Source of the DNA: Candidatus Hadarchaeota archaeon
GTDB taxonomy: Archaea > CAYQAE01 > CAYVLA01
Direction of reading: 5' to 3'
NCBI GenBank assembly: GCA_964452145.1
Contig: CAYVLA010000119.1
Location: 1-10,290, forward strand
DNA length: 10,290 nucleotides
Shown: one piece after another, positions 7,568-10,290 of the stretch
How positions within the stretch are numbered: the stretch's first letter is position 1
How the letters are laid out: the number at the start of each line of letters is the position of its first letter
Program-made: the position numbers and the translations under genes
The notes under the pieces: generated by a model
What the model was told of the DNA's origin: nothing
The model's database searches: none
Seen by the model: only the letters and a program-made list of their open reading frames with translations

Positions 7568-7798
7568 CTAGGGGTCGGTCCTGGGACCAATCTCCCTGTG
7601 TACGGACACGATGCGGTCATAATGGAGTGGAGTTGCCCGATATTGGCAGCAGCTGGGCCATGCATAGGAGACGCAGGTGAGCCGGCCACCCATGAGCCGA
7701 TATCGCAGCTCGCTTTCATTTCCCCGGTAGAGCACACCGGAAACGATCACGTTCGTGTCCAGAACAGCCCTCAGGGGAACGGCCGGCTCTGCGACCAT
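7568..7798 (-). pseudogene. 3'-truncated PIN-family toxin (PIN_3-like N-terminus)
   Basis: LRAVLDTNVIVSGVLYRGNESEL....GRLTCVS. Similarity is lost after ~45 codons (~7665). Confidence 0.75.
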
Positions 7799-7849
7799 CT
7801 CGTTCGATCAGGCTGATGAACCCCACCCATGAGGCGACCCCGTTGCCGG

Positions 7850-8389
7850 CTACAGGCCGGCAAGCCCCGCGAACTCTTCGGGATCGGCAAAGGCGGACCC
7901 GGTGACCTCCCGCAGCTCCCTCCTCCTCTTGAGGATCTCGGAGTCCCCCGTCACGAAGAAGGATACCTCCTCGTCCAAGACGCTGCGGGAGTGGATCAAG
8001 GCGGCAAGATGGACGCAGTCAAGCGATCTCAGTCCCACCCGGAAGCTAAGGTTCAGGGCGAGATGCAGGATCGCCGGCATCAGGACAGCATCCCCGCCGA
8101 CGGGAAACCTGGTATCACCCGGCGGATGGACGAAGACCAGGCCAAGCCTCGCCAGCCTCTTCAGCACGGCGGAGATGACCGGACCCTTCCCGGGCCCGGA
8201 CCCCGAGCCAGGCCTATCCTCGTAGCTCCGGCTCGTCACGCAAGCCGCCTCCAGAACGGTCAGGGGGGAGGTGCAGGCCTTCAGACACCCGGCCTCCAAG
8301 CCCTCCAGGATTCTCTTCGACGCGGAGTGAAAAGGATCATCGGGCTTGTACCGGGAGATGAAGACGTTCGTGTCCATGTAGAACATCAT
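7850..8389 (-). CDS. vapC: VapC PIN-domain toxin (179 aa)
   Basis: FYMDTNVFIS, TSPLTVLEA, LRSLDCVHLA and FVTGDSEI. The start at 8389 forms an ATGA overlap with the antitoxin stop. Confidence 0.92.
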   Translation of the reverse strand: MMFYMDTNVFISRYKPDDPFHSASKRILEGLEAGCLKACTSPLTVLEAACVTSRSYEDRPGSGSGPGKGPVISAVLKRLARLGLVFVHPPGDTRFPVGGDAVLMPAILHLALNLSFRVGLRSLDCVHLAALIHSRSVLDEEVSFFVTGDSEILKRRRELREVTGSAFADPEEFAGLAGL

Positions 8390-8655
8390 CGCCCCCGAGC
8401 CTCCGCCACCATCTGGGCCGCGGTGGCCCTCCCGGAGAAGATCCGCGCGCACGTCCGCTCCAGCTCCTCGTCGCTCATCTCGGAGCCAAGCCACCTCCCA
8501 GCCTCATCCTCCAGGAACAGGCGGGAGTTCCTCTCCAGGAAATCCTGGGTTGCCCGACGAAGGGCCTCGCTACGGCTCTTGAAAAGCCCCCTCTCGACCA
8601 GCCGGTCCAGCTTGGCGATGAGCTCCCCGTCGAATCGGGCGTTAACAACCTCCAC
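8386..8655 (-). CDS. vapB: CopG/RHH antitoxin
   Basis: VVNARFDGELIAKLDRLVERGLFKSRSEALRRA is a classic RHH motif, translationally coupled to the PIN gene. Confidence 0.92.
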   Translation of the reverse strand: MEVVNARFDGELIAKLDRLVERGLFKSRSEALRRATQDFLERNSRLFLEDEAGRWLGSEMSDEELERTCARIFSGRATAAQMVAEARGR

Positions 8656-8670
8656 GGACGAAGATAAAGT

Positions 8671-8692
8671 GCGTATTCTAAATATCTTACGC
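8671..8692 (-). promoter_or_regulatory. TATA-like promoter flanked by an inverted repeat
   Basis: The minus strand reads GCGTA-AGATATTTAGAA-TACGC, 15 nt upstream of the GTG at 8655. Confidence 0.6.
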
Positions 8693-8702
8693 TGACAGAC
8701 CG

Positions 8703-8830
8703 TTGACGGATGCGAGCAGGCCGATCAGCACGGGATCCCTGAACCGGGCCCGGGAGCAGAGGGAGAAGGGCAACTACGGGTCCCCTCGGCAGTTCCTCGA
8801 CTATCCTATATCCGTGCGCGAATCCGTCCG
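8703..8830 (+). pseudogene. Possible decayed C-terminal fragment of a surface protein
   Basis: LNRAREQREKGNYGSPRQFLDYPISVRES looks like an amphipathic helix pair ending in V-x-E, as in the other + strand fragments. No intact hydrophobic tail follows. Confidence 0.25.
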
Positions 8831-9104
8831 AGGCCATCCGGACCACAGTCATCTGTTCCATCCACCCCGCCCTGATACCGGTCGGGAGGGCGTACCCCCT
8901 CGCGGCGCAAGACGAATCGAACTATGACAAGCTTTCCCACCCGGCCGAGGGGCCCTGTCCCTCAGGACAGCACCTCCCCGGTGGGGTGTAGGAAGCCTTC
9001 GATCTTGCCTTGCAGCCCCGAGTTCCCGATCACAAGGGGATGCCGGGCGCAGGTGGCCGGCGATGACGCGTCTTCAGGCGGTCTTCCCCGATCATCAGAG
9101 CGGC

Positions 9105-9167
9105 TGCTGCATCCCCACACAGACAGCCAATCGAGGCGGTCAAGGCCAGCACAGGGGCATCGCTGTA
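9105..9167 (-). pseudogene. Possible short PIN-domain remnant
   Basis: YSDAPVLALTASIGC, with VW just beyond in a shifted frame, resembles the D-A-P-F-L-A-L-A...C-P-I-W segment of PIN toxins. Confidence 0.3.
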
Positions 9168-9590
9168 TCAGTCGTCTTCAGGCCAGTGCAGGGAGACGAT
9201 GGAGGCCTCCTCCAAGAGCCTGAACTCGGGGTCCCCTGTCACAATGGCTGCCTCCTGGACAACCGCCAGGGCCGCGCAGAAGCAGTCCGCGAACGCAATG
9301 GGGAATGATGCCTTTAAGTGGGCCGCCACCAGCGTCTGGCGCTTATCGGCGTCGAGGATTTCGATGGGAAGCTCCTCCACGCGGGCAAGGACCTCATGGG
9401 CCTTGTGCAGGCCCCTACCTCTCTCGGTGATGTAGAGGACCTCCCCAAGGTTGACGATGCTCATTAGCACTCTGCAGTCGCCCTCCCCCGCCATCTCCAG
9501 CACTTCCCTGACCAGTCCGCATCCCCTGGAACCCTCAAGGAATGCCAGAAGAGCGTAGCTATCGAGAACGAGGCGTTCGGCCAGCCCCAA
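9168..9590 (-). CDS. vapC: VapC PIN-domain toxin
   Basis: LVLDSYALLAFL, VNLGEVLY, IAFADCFCAALA and IVTGDPEF. TTG start preceded by a GAGGTGA Shine-Dalgarno. Confidence 0.95.
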   Translation of the reverse strand: MGLAERLVLDSYALLAFLEGSRGCGLVREVLEMAGEGDCRVLMSIVNLGEVLYITERGRGLHKAHEVLARVEELPIEILDADKRQTLVAAHLKASFPIAFADCFCAALAVVQEAAIVTGDPEFRLLEEASIVSLHWPEDD

Positions 9591-9593
9591 GGC

Positions 9594-9830
9594 TCACCTC
9601 TCCCTCGAGGCATCCTTCCTGCGCTCCCTGACCAGGGACTCGACAAGGGAGTCCTCGCCCTTGAGCATGGAGGCTGCCTCGTTCAACGGCTCCTTGGATA
9701 CGGGCACGATGGAGAAGACGCCGCCATAGTCGATGAAGTGAACCTTTGCCCCCTTTGATAGCCCGTAACGCTTCCTCAGCTCCTGAGGAATCACCACCCA
9801 TCCCTTGGCGGACAGAGTACCGGTAGCCAA
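9594..9830 (-). CDS. vapB: AbrB/MazE/SpoVT-family antitoxin
   Basis: TLSAKGWVVIPQELRKRYGLSKGAKVHF. TTG start with a GAGGTGGTG Shine-Dalgarno. Confidence 0.93.
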   Translation of the reverse strand: MATGTLSAKGWVVIPQELRKRYGLSKGAKVHFIDYGGVFSIVPVSKEPLNEAASMLKGEDSLVESLVRERRKDASRER

Positions 9831-9850
9831 AACACCACCTCATCCACTGG

Positions 9851-9881
9851 CGTATATATTTCAAAACCCGAAGTATATACG
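9851..9881 (-). promoter_or_regulatory. Inverted-repeat operator / TATA region of abrB-vapC
   Basis: CGTATATATTT-caaaacccg-AAGTATATACG, with 11-nt arms carrying one mismatch. Confidence 0.75.
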
Positions 9882-9918
9882 TCTTTCTGATTCTCGACCA
9901 AAGAGGATTTCAGAGGTT

Positions 9919-9973
9919 TGTAGGGCGGCGGGATTCGAACACGCCAAGGCTGCCACTCAGTGGCCCCAGCGCC
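9919..9973 (-). pseudogene. Degenerate tRNA 3'-half (T-arm + acceptor 3' strand), possible att-site relic
   Basis: The minus strand reads GCGTG-TTCGAAT-CCCGC-CGCCCTACA: a canonical T-loop with one stem mismatch. No matching acceptor 5' strand, D-arm or clean anticodon arm was found. Confidence 0.5.
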
Positions 9974-10290
9974 GGCACCAACTCTTCTCCCCCAAGAAAT
10001 CAGAAGCATTGCCTCGCTCTACTGGGGCTATCATGAAAACGCGTATCGTGTCTTTTGGGGGGGCTCCACTATGTCCCAGTGGGAGATCAAGGCCAAGTAT
10101 ATGTTCCTGCTCCTGAGGACCTGCAGCTCATCATCCCCTTCTCGAGCAGGGTTGCAGCAGTGGGAGGATCCGTTACCACTTATGCCCAAGTGGTACCATT
10201 CAGGACCCTGGCCGGGCCTGGGGAACTGGGCTGGGACCGGAATAGGGACTGTGTGCCTATGCTCCTTCGACAGGTTTCCGCACCAACCGG

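Noticed and set aside
7424..7816. ORF 7424..7816 as a gene
   Set aside because: It is the 3' half of the hicA pseudogene running on after the 7-bp duplication.
1..10290. CRISPR array, integron attC sites, transposase or integrase
   Set aside because: I found no conserved 25-40 nt repeats, no recurring RYYYAAC...GTTRRRY hairpins between genes, and no DDE or tyrosine-recombinase ORF by eye.
10018..10290. + strand frame open to the window end (LYWGYHENAY...)
   Set aside because: No recognisable motif and atypical composition; it cannot be judged without downstream sequence.

Overview
GC-rich, archaeal-looking accessory region (TATA-type promoters, archaeal-style toxin-antitoxin (TA) families) that is essentially a TA island. 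It holds five apparently intact TA operons: UPF0175-RHH/DUF3368-PIN, MntA/HepT, two RHH/VapC pairs and AbrB/VapC. At least six decayed TA remnants are also present, several missing from the ORF track: two more DUF3368 PIN pieces, two RelBE-like remnants, HicA and a truncated PIN. Interleaved non-TA genes lie on the + strand and appear to lack their 5' ends: a caspase-family protease with an atypical GNCH motif, an FN3/Ig-like surface protein and C-terminal pieces of surface or membrane proteins. Most of them sit head-to-head against the promoter of a minus-strand TA module. A degenerate tRNA 3'-half lies near the right end. I saw no transposase, integrase or CRISPR array. All family calls come from motif recognition by eye, not database searches.
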